Shown here one piece after another: positions 10,005 to 18,985 of a stretch of DNA of 64,000 bases. The notes below the pieces were generated by a model, which was not told the origin of the DNA, did not search any database, and saw nothing but the letters and a program-made list of their open reading frames with translations. The position numbers and the translations under genes are program-made. Source of the stretch: an uncultured Actinomycetes bacterium (lineage in GTDB: Bacteria > Actinomycetota > Thermoleophilia > UBA2241); assembly GCA_963767005.1 (NCBI GenBank), contig CAVYCN010000003.1, positions 224,001-288,000 on the forward strand, in the 5' to 3' direction. The first letter of the stretch is position 1. Each line of letters opens with the position of its first letter.

Positions 10005-10853
10005 ATGAGCGTCCTGCACGCGATCATCCTCGGCATCGTCCAGGGCCTGACCGAGTTCCTGCCGATCTCGAGCTCGGGTCACCTGATCCTCGTGCCCTGG
10101 CTGCTCGGCTGGAATGTGTTCCACGGCAACGAGAACCTGAACAAGACATTCGATGTCGCCCTGCACCTGGGCACGTTCGTCGCGGCGATCGCCTACTTCC
10201 GCCGCGAGGTCGTGGTCATCGTGCGCGCCTGGCTGCGCAGCCTGGCGCGGCGCAGCGTGAAGACGCCCGACGAGCGCCTCGCCTGGCTGCTGCTCGTGAG
10301 CACCATCCCCGCCGGCCTGGTCGGCGTGGCCTTCGAGAGCTTCGTCGAAGACCGGCTCGGCAAGCCCTGGCTGATCTGCGTGATGCTGATCGTCTTCGGC
10401 CTCGTCATGCTGGCCGTCGACATCACGGCGCGGGCGAACAAGCACATGGACGACCTGCGCTTCGGCGGCGCCCTGGGGATCGGCGTCGCGCAGGCGATCG
10501 CCCTGTCGCCCGGAGTCTCGCGCTCGGGCATCACGATGGTCACCGGCCTGCTGCTCGGGCTCGACCGCGAGTCGGCCGCGCGCTACTCGTTCCTGCTGTC
10601 CGTGCCGGTGGTCGGCGGCGCCGCCGTGCTCAAGCTCGGCCAGCTCGCCGCCAACGGCATGCCACCGCACATGCTCACGCCCTTCGTGGCGGGCACGATC
10701 GCCGCCGCGATCAGCGGCCTGGCGGCCATCTGGTTCCTGCTCGACTACCTGCGCAAGCACACCTTTGCGATCTTCGTGGCCTACCGGCTGATCGTCGGCG
10801 TGGCCCTGCTCGTGGTCATTCTCGCCGGCCTGCGGCCCGCGACCGGCATCTAG
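10005..10853 (+). CDS. uppP: Undecaprenyl-diphosphate phosphatase
   Basis: GIVQGLTEFLPISSSGHL and PGVSRSG motifs; multiple transmembrane segments. Confidence 0.96.
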   Translation: MSVLHAIILGIVQGLTEFLPISSSGHLILVPWLLGWNVFHGNENLNKTFDVALHLGTFVAAIAYFRREVVVIVRAWLRSLARRSVKTPDERLAWLLLVSTIPAGLVGVAFESFVEDRLGKPWLICVMLIVFGLVMLAVDITARANKHMDDLRFGGALGIGVAQAIALSPGVSRSGITMVTGLLLGLDRESAARYSFLLSVPVVGGAAVLKLGQLAANGMPPHMLTPFVAGTIAAAISGLAAIWFLLDYLRKHTFAIFVAYRLIVGVALLVVILAGLRPATGI

Positions 10854-10859
10854 CAGAAG

Positions 10860-10910
10860 GCGGGCGGCGAGGGGGCGGGCGGCTGCGCCGCTCGCCCCCT
10901 CGCCGCCCGC
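10860..10910 (+). terminator. 24-bp GC-rich hairpin after uppP
   Basis: GCGGGCGGCGAGGGGGCGGGCGGC-TGC-GCCGCTCGCCCCCTCGCCGCCCGC (one G-U pair). Confidence 0.6.
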
Positions 10911-10917
10911 GACCGCT

Positions 10918-10926
10918 TGCTATACT
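10918..10926 (+). promoter_or_regulatory. Extended -10 promoter for amidase-pylSc
   Basis: TGcTATACT about 60 bp upstream of the amidase ATG. Confidence 0.5.
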
Positions 10927-10983
10927 TTGGCGGCCCGGCGGGCAGATAGCGCAAGCGCGTGACAGCGAAAGCGGCGACCCCTC

Positions 10984-12051
10984 ATGCGGACACTCACCCT
11001 CGGCGATCGTGGCAAAGAAGTCTCCGACGTGCAGAAACGCCTGCACGCGCTGGGCTACGAGCTCGGCAGCGAGGGCGTCGACGGCTTTCTCGGGCCGCGC
11101 ACCCGCCTGGCCCTGCGCGCCTTTCAGCAGGAGCGCGGCCTGCTCGCCGACGGCGTCCTCGGGGCCAACACCTGGCGCGAGCTCGTCGAGGCCGGCTACG
11201 CGCTGGGCGACCGCCTGCTCTACCTGCGCGTGCCCAACTTCCGCGGCGACGACGTGCTCGCCCTGCAGGTGAAGCTCGACCTGCTCGGCTTCAACGCCGG
11301 CCCCGAGCGTGGCATCTTCGACAGGTCCGTCGAGCGCGCGCTGATCGACTTCCAGCGCAACGCCGGCCTGCCGTCCGACGGCATCGTCGGCGACGACACC
11401 CTGCGCAAGCTCGACGCGCTGCGCAAGGCCGAGTCGGGCCGCGAGGGCAAGAAGATCCCCGACCGCGACGAAGGCTTCGTGCCCGAGACCAGCCTGGCCG
11501 GCGCGGTCATCGTGATCGACCCCGGGCACGGTGGTCAGGACGTCGGCATCGTCTCGCCCGGCGGGCGGCGCGAGAAGGACCTCACGCTCGCCGTCGGCCT
11601 GCGCCTGGCCGAGATGCTGCGGGCCGAGGGCAGCCGCGTGGTCATGACGCGCGAATCCGACCAGACCGTGCCGCTCTACGTGCGCACCGACGCCGCCGAC
11701 ACGGCCACCGCGACCTACCTCGTCTCACTGCACTTCAACGCCAACGAGAGCCCCGCCGCGGACGGTGCCGTCTGTTACTACTTCCAGCGCAGCCACTACT
11801 ACTCCGAGCACGGCGCCCGCCTGGCCGACTACATCGGCGCCGAGGTCGGGCGCCTGTCCCCGGCCGGTTTCATCGCCGGCCTGGGGCGTAACTTCGCCAT
11901 GCTGCGCGAGCCCACCGCGATCGCCGTGCTGGTCGAGCCGCTGTTCCTCACCAACCCCGCCGACGACGCCCGCGCCGGGCGCGCCGACTACATCGAGGCC
12001 GTGGCACGCGCCATCGTGACCGGCTTCACGCGCTACCTCTCACGGGCGTGA
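10984..12051 (+). CDS. N-acetylmuramoyl-L-alanine amidase with two peptidoglycan-binding domains (CwlM-like)
   Basis: Two PG_binding_1 repeats (DGFLGPRT..AFQ; FQRNAGLPSDGIVG) plus Amidase_3 motifs IDPGHGG, EK, SLHFN, LVEP. Confidence 0.88.
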   Translation: MRTLTLGDRGKEVSDVQKRLHALGYELGSEGVDGFLGPRTRLALRAFQQERGLLADGVLGANTWRELVEAGYALGDRLLYLRVPNFRGDDVLALQVKLDLLGFNAGPERGIFDRSVERALIDFQRNAGLPSDGIVGDDTLRKLDALRKAESGREGKKIPDRDEGFVPETSLAGAVIVIDPGHGGQDVGIVSPGGRREKDLTLAVGLRLAEMLRAEGSRVVMTRESDQTVPLYVRTDAADTATATYLVSLHFNANESPAADGAVCYYFQRSHYYSEHGARLADYIGAEVGRLSPAGFIAGLGRNFAMLREPTAIAVLVEPLFLTNPADDARAGRADYIEAVARAIVTGFTRYLSRA

Positions 12052-12911
12052 GCACCGGGCCGACCGACGACGACGGCGGGATCGCTTTCACCGCGACCCA
12101 GCGCCAGCGCCTGCACGAGCTGGGCGCCGACGCCGCGGCCGGCGGGCGGACCTTCGCCGACGCGGGCGCGCGCGACGCGGCCTTCCGCGACCTCGAGACG
12201 AGCTTCGCCGCCGCCAGCCGCGCCGCCCTCGACGCGCTGCGCGCCGGGTCGCGCGTCCCGGCGCTGCGCCGTCTCGAACAGGCGCTGCGGGCGGCGCTCA
12301 GCGACGCCGGCCTGGTCGAAGTCGTGACGCCGACGATCGTCGGAGTCGAGGCGCTGCGCAAGATGGGCATCGAGCCGGGCGGCGAGCTTGCCGAGCAGGT
12401 CTTCTGGCTCGACCGCGACCGCTGCCTGCGGCCCATGCTCGCGCCCAACCTCTACACCCTGATGCGACGCCTGGCGCGGGTGTGGCGGCAGCCCTTCGCG
12501 ATCTACGAGATCGGCTCGTGCTTTCGCCGCGACACCAAGGGCAGCCGCCACCTGAACGAGTTCACGATGCTCAACCTCGTCGAGCTCGGCACGCCGCTCG
12601 AGCGCCGCGACGACCGCCTGCGCGAGCTCGCCGCGGTCGTGCTCGACGCGGCCGGCGTGACCGGCCACGAGCTCGTGCGCAAGCACTCCGAGGTGTACGG
12701 CGACGAGCTCGACGTAGTGGTCGCCGGCGTCGAGGTCTGCTCCACGGCCCTGGGGCCGCACCCGCTCGACGACGCCTGGGGCATCACCGATCCCTGGGTC
12801 GGCCTCGGCTTCGGGCTCGAGCGGCTGCTCGTGGCGCGCGACGGCCTGGCCGGCATCGAGCGCGTCGGCCGCAGCGTGAGCTACCTCGACGGCGTGCGGC
12901 TGCAGCTCTAG
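12048..12911 (+). CDS. pylSc: Pyrrolysyl-tRNA synthetase, C-terminal catalytic subunit
   Basis: FTATQRQRLHEL, CLRPMLAPNLY, EIGSCFRRDTKGSRHLNEFTMLNLVE, SEVYGDELD, GPHPLD.AWGI..PWVGLGFGLERLL; matches the bacterial split-PylRS type; TAG stop. Confidence 0.96.
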   Translation: MSTGPTDDDGGIAFTATQRQRLHELGADAAAGGRTFADAGARDAAFRDLETSFAAASRAALDALRAGSRVPALRRLEQALRAALSDAGLVEVVTPTIVGVEALRKMGIEPGGELAEQVFWLDRDRCLRPMLAPNLYTLMRRLARVWRQPFAIYEIGSCFRRDTKGSRHLNEFTMLNLVELGTPLERRDDRLRELAAVVLDAAGVTGHELVRKHSEVYGDELDVVVAGVEVCSTALGPHPLDDAWGITDPWVGLGFGLERLLVARDGLAGIERVGRSVSYLDGVRLQL

Positions 12912-12977
12912 GCGGCGGCTCATGCGGGACGGGGCCGGTGAGGCTGCCGCCTCATCGGCCCCGTCCCATCGCCGCTC

Positions 12978-13535
12978 TCAGGCGGTCGCGCCCGCGCTCA
13001 CCGTCTCGGCCGGCTCCGCCGCCTTGACGAACTCGGCGTCGACGCTCAGCTTGACCTCGTCGCCGACGAGCAGGCCGCCAGCCTCGGTCACGACGTTCCA
13101 GGTGAGGCCGAAGTCCTTGCGGTTCAGCTTGCCGGTGGCCGACACGCCGATGCGCGTGTTGCCCCACGGGTCGGCGACCGGCCCCGATACCTCGGCGTCG
13201 AGCACGACCTCGCGGGTGACGTCCTTGATGGTGAGGTCGCCGGTGATCGCGTACCGGCCGTCGCCGCCCTCGACCCGCTTGACCACGTAGGTCATCTCCG
13301 GGTACGTCTGGGCGTCGAAGAAGTCGGGCGAGGCCAGGTGACCGTCGCGCTGGGCCTCGCGCGTGTTCACGCTGCCGGTCCGCACCGTCACGGTGCCGCG
13401 CGACCTGCTCAGGTCGTCCTCGTCGATGTCGGCGTCGATCGTGAAGTCGTCGAAGTGGCCGCGCACCGTCGAGACCACCATGTGGCGTACGGCGAACTCG
13501 AGGTTCGCATGCGTTCCGTCTGTCGTCCAGGCCAT
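12978..13535 (-). CDS. YceI family protein
   Basis: HANLEFAVRHMVVSTVRGHF, RDGHLASPDFFD, GDLTIKDVTREV, NRKDFGLTWN; GGAGG RBS. Confidence 0.92.
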   Translation of the reverse strand: MAWTTDGTHANLEFAVRHMVVSTVRGHFDDFTIDADIDEDDLSRSRGTVTVRTGSVNTREAQRDGHLASPDFFDAQTYPEMTYVVKRVEGGDGRYAITGDLTIKDVTREVVLDAEVSGPVADPWGNTRIGVSATGKLNRKDFGLTWNVVTEAGGLLVGDEVKLSVDAEFVKAAEPAETVSAGATA

Positions 13536-13556
13536 CGTGCCCTCCTTTGAAGCATG

Positions 13557-13603
13557 ATGTTTGGCTGGCCAACAAAGTACCCGATAGTTGGCCAGCCAAA
13601 CAT
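13557..13603. promoter_or_regulatory. Probable MarR operator (17-bp perfect inverted repeat)
   Basis: ATGTTTGGCTGGCCAAC-N13-GTTGGCCAGCCAAACAT between divergent yceI and marR. Confidence 0.7.
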
Positions 13604-13620
13604 TCGGGTAGACTACGAGC

Positions 13621-14283
13621 ATGACTCCTGCGGGCAGACACGATGCAGCACGAGCGCCGGGCGGAGACCCCGCCCATCAGGCGACCCCGGCGCCGGCTGC
13701 CTGCGGCGCGGGCCCGTGCGCCGCGTCCGACGCGGACGCCGTCTCAGGCGCACGCACCGGCGAGTCACCCTGCGCGGGCCAGGAGACCGCGGCGCCGGAG
13801 GGGCTCGTCTGCGAGCACTGGCCGCGCAGCACCGCCCTCGCCGAGCGCACCGGCCCGACGGTGCACGCCGTGTTCCGCCTGTCGCGCATGCACCGCACGA
13901 TGGCCGGCCGCCTGCTGCGCGACCTCGGCCTGGCGCCCGGTCAGGAGCTCCTGCTGCTGCAGCTCTGGGACCGCGACCGCTGCTCGCAGACCGACCTCGT
14001 CGAGCGCCTCGGCATCGACCCGTCGACGGTGACCAAGATGCTGCAGCGTCTCGAGCGCGGCGGCTGGGTGCGCCGCGAGCCGTCGCCCGACGACGGGCGC
14101 GTGATGCTGGTGACCCTGACCGCCGCCGGCCGCGACCTGCAGGCCGCGGTCACCGACCTCTGGCGGCAGCTCGAGCACGAGACCGTGAAAACGCTGGCCG
14201 ACGAGGACCGGGCGGAGCTGCTGCGCCTGCTGCGCAAGGTCGAGACCGGCCTGCGCGCCACCTGCCCCGGCGGCGACGGCTGA
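13621..14283 (+). CDS. MarR family transcriptional regulator with N-terminal extension
   Basis: GIDPSTVTKMLQRLERGGWVRR..DDGRV..LTAAG; start uncertain. Confidence 0.88.
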   Translation: MTPAGRHDAARAPGGDPAHQATPAPAACGAGPCAASDADAVSGARTGESPCAGQETAAPEGLVCEHWPRSTALAERTGPTVHAVFRLSRMHRTMAGRLLRDLGLAPGQELLLLQLWDRDRCSQTDLVERLGIDPSTVTKMLQRLERGGWVRREPSPDDGRVMLVTLTAAGRDLQAAVTDLWRQLEHETVKTLADEDRAELLRLLRKVETGLRATCPGGDG

Positions 14284-14290
14284 ACAACGA

Positions 14291-14331
14291 GGACCGGCCG
14301 GGCGGCGCCTGCGGCGCCGCCCGGCCGGTCC
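14291..14331. terminator. 19-bp perfect hairpin between convergent marR and corrinoid gene
   Basis: GGACCGGCCGGGCGGCGCC-TGC-GGCGCCGCCCGGCCGGTCC. Confidence 0.65.
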
Positions 14332-14353
14332 GTCTTCCGCCTCTTGTCGCGCC

Positions 14354-14995
14354 TTACCTGCCGAGCAGGGCGTCGATCTTCTTGACGCCGTCCGAGGCGT
14401 CCTCGGCGTAGGCGTCGGCGCCGATCTGGTCGGCCCAGCGCTGCGTGCAGGGGGCACCGCCGACCACGGTCTTGAAGGGCAGGCCCTCGTCGCGGATGAT
14501 CTTGATGACGCGGCGCTGCTCTTCCATCGTGGTGGTCAAAAGGGCGCTCATGCCGATGATGTCGGCGCCCTGCTCCTTGGCGCGGGCGATGAAGGTCTCG
14601 GCCGGCACGTCGCGGCCGCAGTCGGTGACGTCGTAGCCGTGGGCCTTCAGGTAGGCGATCACGATCGCCTTGCCGATGTCGTGCACGTCGCCCTGCACGG
14701 TGCCGATGATGACGGTGCCCTTCTTCTCGGCGGCGCCGCCCTCTAAGGCCGCGTTACAGACCCGGGTGGCGGCGTCCATCGCCTGGGCGGCGAGCATGAG
14801 CTCGGGCAAAAAGACCTCGCCCGACTCGAAGAGGTCGCCGACCTCGCTGATGCCGGCCACGAAACCCTTGTTGACGATCTCGCCGGGGCTCATGCCGGCC
14901 GCCAGGGCGCGCGTGGCGACGTCCTCGGCGGCGGCGGCGTCGTAGTTGACGATCGAATCGATCGCTTCCTGGATGAGCTCGTCTGTGTTGGCCAT
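14354..14995 (-). CDS. Methyltransferase-cognate corrinoid protein (MttC/MtbC/MtmC-like)
   Basis: Cap domain GISEVGDLFESGEVFLPELMLAA; B12-binding GTVQGDVHDIGK...SALLTTT...GGAP; GAGGAG RBS. Confidence 0.92.
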   Translation of the reverse strand: MANTDELIQEAIDSIVNYDAAAAEDVATRALAAGMSPGEIVNKGFVAGISEVGDLFESGEVFLPELMLAAQAMDAATRVCNAALEGGAAEKKGTVIIGTVQGDVHDIGKAIVIAYLKAHGYDVTDCGRDVPAETFIARAKEQGADIIGMSALLTTTMEEQRRVIKIIRDEGLPFKTVVGGAPCTQRWADQIGADAYAEDASDGVKKIDALLGR

Positions 14996-15184
14996 AGCGT
15001 GCAACTCCTCCTCAAGAAGTCTGCCGTCCACTCGCCTCGCAAGCGATGGGTGCGCAAGCCCGGCGAACCGCGCCCGTACGCGTGGCGACGGTCCGCTTCG
15101 TTCGCGCACAAGTATACAGGTTCGCCCGAGCGCAAGCGTCCCACGGCGAGCGCCGGCGACACCGCGTGTTGGTACAATCGGGCC

Positions 15185-16063
15185 ATGCGTTACGTCGGCG
15201 CCGTCATCCGTCCGCCCAGCGAGGCTGCGAGCCTGATCGTACAGGTCACCTACGGCTGCTCCAACGCCTCGTGCGACTTCTGCTCGACCTACCTCGACAA
15301 GCCCTTCGCAGTGCGCCCCGCCGACGAGGTCGAGCAGGACCTGGCCGACCTGCCGCTCGCCATCAAGGAGCGCGTGCGCCGCGTCTTTCTGGCCGACGGC
15401 GACGCCCTCGCGCTGTCGCGCCGCCGGCTCGAGCACATCCTCGGGCTGCTGCGCCGCGAGCTGCCGGCCCTGGAGCGCGTGAGCTCCTACGCCAACGCCC
15501 GCAACCTGCTCACCAAGAGTCCCGACGACCTGGGCGCGATCCGCGCCGCCGGGCTCGAGCTGCTCTACCTGGGCCTCGAGTCGGGCGACGAGGAGACCCT
15601 CGCCGCCATCCACAAGGGCATCACCGTGGCCGAGCAGATCGAGGGTTGCGCCCGCGCGACGGCGGCCGGCTTCGAGCTCTCGGTCACCGCCATCCTCGGC
15701 CTGGCCGGGCCCGCACGCTCGCTCGCCCACGCGCGCGCCACGGGCGCCGCCCTGTCGGCCATCGACCCGCGCTACATCGGCGTGCTCAGCCTCATGGTCG
15801 AGCCCGGTACGCGCACGGCGGCGCGGGTCGCGTCGGGCGAGTTCGTCGTGCCCGACGCCTTCACCATGCTGCGCGAGCTGCGCGAGATCGTCGCCACGAC
15901 CGACGTGACCGACGCGCTGTTCCGCTCGAACCACGCCTCGAACTACCTGCCGGTCGGTGGCCGCCTGCCGCGCGACAGGGACGCCATGGTGGCGGCCCTC
16001 GACGGCGTGCTGTCGGCGCCCGACCGGGCCCGTCTCAAGCCCGAGGAGTGGCGCCTGCTGTAG
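15185..16063 (+). CDS. Radical SAM protein of unknown function
   Basis: RPPSEA, CxxxxCxxC-type motif GCSNASCDFC, FLADGD, YLGLESG, FRSNHASNY; TAG stop. Confidence 0.85.
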   Translation: MRYVGAVIRPPSEAASLIVQVTYGCSNASCDFCSTYLDKPFAVRPADEVEQDLADLPLAIKERVRRVFLADGDALALSRRRLEHILGLLRRELPALERVSSYANARNLLTKSPDDLGAIRAAGLELLYLGLESGDEETLAAIHKGITVAEQIEGCARATAAGFELSVTAILGLAGPARSLAHARATGAALSAIDPRYIGVLSLMVEPGTRTAARVASGEFVVPDAFTMLRELREIVATTDVTDALFRSNHASNYLPVGGRLPRDRDAMVAALDGVLSAPDRARLKPEEWRLL

Positions 16064-16091
16064 CGGCTGGTGGCGCGACCGCGTCGCGCGG

Positions 16092-16433
16092 CTAGTGTCC
16101 GGTGTCCCGCTCGCGCAGGAACGACCCGTAGCCCCGCCGGAACTTGGTCGCGGCGTACTTCTGCAGCTTCCACTCCGGGATGCGGCACTGCGGGCAGGCC
16201 TCGAAGAAGAGCTTGTTGCGCAGCCAGCGCGCCGAGCGGCTCGTCTTGGAGTCGCGCACGATCATGACCTTGCCGCAATGGGTAGTCAGGCGCGCCCTGC
16301 TGCCCAGCACCTCGAACTCCTTGACGCCGTGCAGCAGGCCGCGGCGCGAGGGCCACAGCTTCATCTTCTCGACGAGCCTGAAGAGCGGCACCTGCTTGCG
16401 GTAGTAGACGACCTTGTTGGGATCGGTGGGCAC
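16092..16433 (-). CDS. pylSn: Pyrrolysyl-tRNA synthetase, N-terminal tRNA-binding subunit
   Basis: YYRK..LVEKMKLWPSRRGLLHGVK, THCG, SRSARWLRNK, CPQCRIPEWKLQKY; TAG stop. Confidence 0.95.
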   Translation of the reverse strand: MPTDPNKVVYYRKQVPLFRLVEKMKLWPSRRGLLHGVKEFEVLGSRARLTTHCGKVMIVRDSKTSRSARWLRNKLFFEACPQCRIPEWKLQKYAATKFRRGYGSFLRERDTGH

Positions 16434-16523
16434 GCCTGCGAGTGTAGCAAAGCCGGGCGGCCGCGAGGAACGCGGGCGGCGGCGCCGAAGCGGAACTTTT
16501 CACAGTCGTCTATCATCTGACCA

Positions 16524-18908
16524 GTGGCGCGACAGGCAGGCGCGGCCAGCGAGCGAGCGGAGTCGCACGAGGTGACGGGCAGGACCGAAGGAGCACGACG
16601 GCGGGGCGCCGGGCGTCCCCACGCCGTGCGCCTACGCCCCGCCCCGGGCACACGCCTCCACCGCCGCCTGCCGATCACGGCCTGGCTACCCACCTATCAG
16701 CGCCGCTTCCTGCGCGACGACACGATCGCCGCGCTGACCGTCATCGGCCTGCTCCTGCCCGAGTGCATGGCCTACGCGCAGATCGCCGGCGTGCCGCCCC
16801 AGGCCGGCCTCTACGCCACGCTGGCCGGCCTGACCGTCTACGCCCTCTTCGGCACCTCGCGCCAGATCATCTGCTCGCCGACCTCGACGGCCGCCATCAT
16901 GGCGGCCGCCGTCGTGGCCGCGCACGGCAGTCGCAGCCCCGCGCAGGCCATCACTCTGGTGGCGATGGTGGCCGTCATCGTCGGCCTGTTCATGGTGATC
17001 GCCGGCGTCGCCCGCCTCGGCTTCATCTCGGAGTTCCTCGCCCGCCCCGTGGTCACCGGCTACGTGACCGGCCTGGCGATGACCATCATCGCGCGGCAGG
17101 TGCCGAGCCTGCTCGGCATCCACGTCACGACCTCGGCCGACTTCTTCCGGGTCGCCTGGGCCGACCTCACGCACCTCGACGAGGCCAGCCTGGCGACGGC
17201 CGCGCTCAGCGCGGTCGCCCTCACCCTCCTGTTCCTCGCCCGGCGCTGGCCGCGCTTGCCGGGCGCGCTCACCGTGCTCGTGCTCGGCGTGATCGCGGCG
17301 GCCGTCCTGCACCTTGGCAGTCACGGCGTGGCCGTCGTGGGCACCATCCCGAGCGGCCTGCCGCTGCCGCGGCTGCCCCACCTGCACGGCGTCGACCTCG
17401 TCACGCTGCTGCCCAGCGCCGCCGGCATCGCCATCGTCGTCTACGCCGAGGCGCTGTCCGGGGCGCGGACCTTCGCCGTGCGCCATAGCTACGAGATCGA
17501 CGCCAACCAGGAGCTCGTGGCGCTCGGCCTGTCGAACATGAGCTCCGGCGCCTTCGGCGGCATCGTCGTGAGCGGCGGCCTGTCGGGCTCCGCCCTCGCC
17601 GACACGAGCGGCGCGCAGTCGCAGCTCACCGCCCTGATCGGCGCCGGCGTGCTGCTCGTCATGGTCTTCACCGTCACGCGCGTCGGCCACGACCTGCCCG
17701 AGGCGATCCTCGGCGCGGTCGTGGTGCGCGCCGTCTGGGGCCTGATCGACTTCGGCGCCCTGCGTCGCTTCGCCGGCGTGCGCGTGCTCGACGCCGCCCC
17801 GGCGGTCGCCGCTCTCATCGGCGTCCTCGCTCTGGGCGTGCTGCCCGGCCTGGGGGTGGCCGTCGGTCTGTCGCTCGCCATCCTGATCTACCGCTCGAGC
17901 CGGCCCCACGCCGCGGTGCTCGGGCGGGTGCCCCACTCCAAGACCTACAGCGACGTGTCGCGCCATCCCGAGAACGAGACGTTCCCCGGCCTGCTGATCT
18001 TCCGTCTCGACGGCCAGCTCTTCTTCGCCAATGCCGGCTTTGCCGTCGACCGTCTGAACCAGTTGCTCTCCGCCATGCAACCGTCGCCCCGCGTCGTGAT
18101 CTGGAACATGGAGTCGACCACCGACCTCGACGTGACGGCCGCCGAGACGCTGCTGCGCCTCACCCGCACCCTGCGCGAGAGCGGCCGCGACGTCGTGTTC
18201 GCCCGCGTCGGCTCGGCCGTGATCGACGTCTTCGGGCGCTGCGGCATGCTCGAGCTGATCGGCGAGGACCACCTCTTCCTCACGGTGGACAGCGCCGTGC
18301 AGGACTGCCTGCACAGCCGCCTCGCGGTGATCGCGGCGCTCGAGGCGCAGCTCAAAGAGGCGACGGCGGCCTGCATCATCGCTCACGGCGTGGCCGCCGG
18401 CGAGGTCACCGTGGCCGACGCCTACCGGACGATCGCCGACATCGAGGGCCGCGGCGACGCCATGCGTGGCGAGCTCGTCGCCCGCCTGTCGGGCGTGCTC
18501 GTCGCGCCGATCGACCGCGAGGACCTGTTCCGCCTCTCGCGCTCGATCGACGACGTCCTCGACAACCTGCGCGACTTCATCCGCGAGTGGGACCTCTACG
18601 AGATCGATGCCGCGAGCGCCTACCTGGGCCTGCTCGACGCCACCGCCGACGCGATCGCCGACCTCAAGCGCGCCGTACACGCCGTGGCCACCGACCCCAA
18701 GGACGTGAAGCAGGCGCTCACCTCGAAGGAGTCGGCCGAGGAGATCCGCCGGCTCTACGACGTCGAGCTCGGCCGGCTGTTCCACGGCACGCTCACGATG
18801 GAGGTCGTGAAGTGCCGCGAGGTGCTGCGCAGGCTCGACGTCGTCGGCCTGCGCTTGAACGAGGCCGCCGACCGGCTCTCCGACGCGGCCATCAAGCGCT
18901 GGGCCTGA
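16524..18908 (+). CDS. SulP anion transporter with STAS domain fused to a C-terminal DUF47/PhoU-like domain
   Basis: PECMAYAQIAGVPPQAGLY, DANQEL.ALGLSN, STAS FRLDGQLFFAN; C-terminal IEGRGD...PIDREDLFRLSRSIDDVLD; start uncertain. Confidence 0.85.
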   Translation: MARQAGAASERAESHEVTGRTEGARRRGAGRPHAVRLRPAPGTRLHRRLPITAWLPTYQRRFLRDDTIAALTVIGLLLPECMAYAQIAGVPPQAGLYATLAGLTVYALFGTSRQIICSPTSTAAIMAAAVVAAHGSRSPAQAITLVAMVAVIVGLFMVIAGVARLGFISEFLARPVVTGYVTGLAMTIIARQVPSLLGIHVTTSADFFRVAWADLTHLDEASLATAALSAVALTLLFLARRWPRLPGALTVLVLGVIAAAVLHLGSHGVAVVGTIPSGLPLPRLPHLHGVDLVTLLPSAAGIAIVVYAEALSGARTFAVRHSYEIDANQELVALGLSNMSSGAFGGIVVSGGLSGSALADTSGAQSQLTALIGAGVLLVMVFTVTRVGHDLPEAILGAVVVRAVWGLIDFGALRRFAGVRVLDAAPAVAALIGVLALGVLPGLGVAVGLSLAILIYRSSRPHAAVLGRVPHSKTYSDVSRHPENETFPGLLIFRLDGQLFFANAGFAVDRLNQLLSAMQPSPRVVIWNMESTTDLDVTAAETLLRLTRTLRESGRDVVFARVGSAVIDVFGRCGMLELIGEDHLFLTVDSAVQDCLHSRLAVIAALEAQLKEATAACIIAHGVAAGEVTVADAYRTIADIEGRGDAMRGELVARLSGVLVAPIDREDLFRLSRSIDDVLDNLRDFIREWDLYEIDAASAYLGLLDATADAIADLKRAVHAVATDPKDVKQALTSKESAEEIRRLYDVELGRLFHGTLTMEVVKCREVLRRLDVVGLRLNEAADRLSDAAIKRWA

Positions 18909-18985
18909 GGGAGCGCACCCGGCTCACCGCGACCGCGGTGGATCAGGAGAAAGTCGTTCGGGGTCTTCCTGTGCAGGGAGATCGG

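Noticed and set aside
16434-18985. SulP gene as an island integrated at the 3' end of tRNA-Pyl
   Set aside because: No duplicated tRNA 3' end beyond TGGCG near 16525, and no integrase.
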